The translations under genes were made by a program, and so were the position numbers. A stretch of 63,955 bases of DNA, filler included, from Lama guanicoe (taxonomy: Eukaryota), in the NCBI GenBank assembly GCA_013239625.1. It is 204 parts of 204 records of this genome, joined end to end, with 100 filler letters (N's around TTAATTAATTAA, not from the genome) between each part and the next. Parts side by side here need not be neighbours in the genome. Positions count along the whole stretch, not along the records: positions 61,544 to 61,757 come from PNXV01037861.1; positions 61,858 to 62,071 come from PNXV01037862.1; positions 62,172 to 62,385 come from PNXV01037863.1; positions 62,486 to 62,699 come from PNXV01037864.1; positions 62,800 to 63,013 come from PNXV01037865.1; positions 63,114 to 63,327 come from PNXV01037866.1; positions 63,428 to 63,641 come from PNXV01037867.1; positions 63,742 to 63,955 come from PNXV01037868.1; 196 more parts are not named here. One strand, 5' to 3'. Of this stretch, positions 61,709-63,955 are shown in pieces. Below the pieces are notes generated by a model, which saw only the letters and a program-made list of their open reading frames with translations, was not told where the DNA came from and ran no database searches. The number at the start of each line of letters is the position of its first letter. The stretch's first letter is position 1.

Positions 61709-61857
61709 GAATGAAATAGAATACAGTGGAATAGAAAATACCAGCCTGCACTACGGTNNNNNNNNNNNNNNNNNNNNNNNNNNNNNNNNNNNNNNNNNNN
61801 NTTAATTAATTAANNNNNNNNNNNNNNNNNNNNNNNNNNNNNNNNNNNNNNNNNNNN

Positions 61858-62071
61858 ATCCCACTCCTGGGCATATATCCAGAGAAAACTCTAATTTGAG
61901 AAGATACATACACCCAGTGTTCATAGCGGCACTATTTACAGTAGCCAAGCCATGGAAACAACTTAAATGCCTGTCAACAGATGAAGGGATCAAAAAGTTG
62001 TGGTATATTTACACAATAGAATACTACTTAGCCATAAAAAGAGTGAAATAATGCCATTTACAGCAACATGG
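61858..62071 (+). mobile_element. LINE-1 ORF2 3' end
   Basis: atcccactcctgggcatatatccagagaaaac...gccataaaaagagtgaaataatgccatttacagcaacatgg. Confidence 0.94.
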
Positions 62072-62171
62072 NNNNNNNNNNNNNNNNNNNNNNNNNNNNN
62101 NNNNNNNNNNNNNNNTTAATTAATTAANNNNNNNNNNNNNNNNNNNNNNNNNNNNNNNNNNNNNNNNNNNN

Positions 62172-62385
62172 TCTGAAAAAGCCTCACTGGAGCTGAGGTG
62201 CAACTATTCCTATGGTGCAAGTGTGTATCTCTTCTGGTACGTCCAGTACCCCTGCCATGGACTCCAGCTTCTCCTCAAGTACTTTTCAGGGGACCCTTTG
62301 GTTCAAGGCATTAAAGGCTTTGAGGCTGAATTTAAAAGAAGTGAATCTTCCTTCAACCTTAGGAAATCCTCAGTCCATTGGAGTG
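62172..62385 (+). CDS. TRAV8: T-cell receptor alpha variable segment, TRAV8 family (closest to TRAV8-1/8-3), partial V exon
   Basis: [71 protein letters not shown]: first conserved Cys, WYVQ and the TRAV8 signature GIKGFEAEF; no stop codon. Confidence 0.95.
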
Positions 62386-63113
62386 NNNNNNNNNNNNNNN
62401 NNNNNNNNNNNNNNNNNNNNNNNNNNNNNTTAATTAATTAANNNNNNNNNNNNNNNNNNNNNNNNNNNNNNNNNNNNNNNNNNNNAGCACCAGAAAGCTT
62501 TCGGTAACTGATACCAAATTGTAAAACGTGTTTTCGGTTTGATGAAAAGCTACTAGATGATAAACAAGTATGTACTACTGAGCACACTGAGGGTTCGTTC
62601 AGCATCAGCAGGAGCACCTGCTCCTCGCTGGGCTCTGCAGTAAGTGGCAGGCCATGGCCTTCCGTTAAAAAGAATCCTTAATCTTTCAGCTTGTGTGTCN
62701 NNNNNNNNNNNNNNNNNNNNNNNNNNNNNNNNNNNNNNNNNNNTTAATTAATTAANNNNNNNNNNNNNNNNNNNNNNNNNNNNNNNNNNNNNNNNNNNNT
62801 AATTACTCCTTTTTAAATAGTTTAATTTTTAAAAATAGTTGATTTCAAAGTTAAATTTGAACAATTCATTTGAAGAACCTCTGAGATACTGAGTAGAGTT
62901 TGGGGTTCCATGAAAAAACTTGCCTTCTGTACTGCCTCGAGGGCATTAGCCAGTTTCATCCAATGGGATGTCTGATTGTCGAAACAAGCAAAAAGGGCAT
63001 TTATCAGAAGAGTNNNNNNNNNNNNNNNNNNNNNNNNNNNNNNNNNNNNNNNNNNNNTTAATTAATTAANNNNNNNNNNNNNNNNNNNNNNNNNNNNNNN
63101 NNNNNNNNNNNNN

Positions 63114-63313
63114 CCGCCTCTGGGCGGGATCCCTCCAGGGACCCCTCTCTCTTCAGATCACCGTTCATAGCCTGCACTTCCTGGCTCAGCGCCAGCCAAT
63201 GAGCATGGCGCTGACGGGCGTGCCCCCTTGCACCCCTGGCATAAAGGTTCGCGTGCTCCCGGGCCTCAACACTTCTGATCCTGACCCAGACTCACAAAAA
63301 AAAAAAACCCATC
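63114..63313 (+). promoter_or_regulatory. HBA: Alpha-globin promoter and 5' UTR
   Basis: CCAAT 63196-63200; GGGCGTGCCCCC element; CATAAA 63240-63245; cap-like ACACTTCTG near 63269; cagactca leader. Colinear with the recalled mammalian HBA promoter. Confidence 0.92.
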
Positions 63314-63327
63314 ATGGTGCTGTCTTC
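63314..63327 (+). CDS. HBA: Alpha-globin exon 1 start (MVLSS), truncated
   Basis: ATG GTG CTG TCT TC(N); camelid alpha chains begin VLSSKDK, as recalled. Confidence 0.88.
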
Positions 63328-63955
63328 NNNNNNNNNNNNNNNNNNNNNNNNNNNNNNNNNNNNNNNNNNNNTTAATTAATTAANNNNNNNNNNNNNNNNN
63401 NNNNNNNNNNNNNNNNNNNNNNNNNNNGTGATCCTCAGTGATCCGTGGACCTTGCTGAATGGAAGAACACCTCGCTAGTGGTGACGAGGTCAAGGAGTCA
63501 GGGACCCTATTCTGTGTTTCCTAGAAGTGATGGCTGGATCTAGGTGTCTGGGCAGTGCTTCTTTCCTCACTTGCCCGTCTGCTCCGCATTTTACAGACTC
63601 TTGAGTTTCTGCTTCCCGTGTTTGCCTGTTTTTGGATCCAANNNNNNNNNNNNNNNNNNNNNNNNNNNNNNNNNNNNNNNNNNNNTTAATTAATTAANNN
63701 NNNNNNNNNNNNNNNNNNNNNNNNNNNNNNNNNNNNNNNNNATTGTTTTACAAAAGGGGCAGAGCTGGTAAGGCAGCCTGGAAAACAGCACAGGGTTAAA
63801 GGGAAAGCAGATCTAATATGCAGTCAGGTTTATTCTTTGCTATTACACCTGCCCCAGGAGGGCTGGCCTCAGGGAGGAAGAGCACCCCCCCTAGCCCCTG
63901 AGAGCTGCCTGCAGGGGGTGGGGAAGGCAGGGAGGAGGTTTGCAGTGCTGGTGAG

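Larger units (their letters stand above)
215..63741. other. Artificial contig-joining linker (N44-TTAATTAATTAA-N44), 203 copies
   Basis: An identical 100-bp linker follows every contig except the last (first copy 215-314, core 259-270). The core is palindromic and has stop codons in all six frames. Confidence 0.99.

Noticed and set aside
710..62441. Many 60-89 aa ORFs ending in X...LIN or X...N, resembling a small-protein family
   Set aside because: The shared C-terminus is the translated linker, and lengths are inflated by Ns.
55578..63327. Telomere, TRAV8 and alpha-globin appearing clustered
   Set aside because: Fragments are grouped by length, not genomic position.
215..63741. CRISPR-like or satellite array of TTAATTAATTAA with constant-length spacers
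   Set aside because: The repeat sits inside N padding and is a synthetic six-frame-stop linker; the spacers are unrelated mammalian contigs; I saw no cas-like sequence.

Overview
This is not a contiguous locus. It is an artificial concatenation of 204 tiny unplaced contigs (203 of 214 bp and one of 213 bp) joined by an identical 100-bp linker, N44-TTAATTAATTAA-N44, giving a 314-bp period. Neighbouring fragments carry no linkage information, and nearly all ORFs in the supplied track are run-throughs into the linker. The DNA is eutherian and most likely camelid: it has tRNA-Ala-derived vic-1-like SINEs and an alpha-globin that starts MVLSS, and I recognised no Alu, Bov-A/B or PRE1. Most fragments are non-coding or repeats (L1, L2, MIR, MaLR/ERV LTRs, MER DNA transposons, microsatellites). 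Recognisable gene pieces are an alpha-globin promoter and start, a TRAV8-family T-cell receptor V exon, a TRIM16 B-box exon, a diverged ARHGAP20-like exon, and a betaretroviral gag NC fragment with its gag-pro frameshift signal. There is also a variant telomeric array and a CpG-island fragment. Two pairs of near-identical contigs with exactly 49-bp invariant flanks reveal de Bruijn assembly bubbles. I found no support for a novel multi-gene system, and the window's structure could not show one. Gene identities come from remembered homologue sequences, not from a database search.
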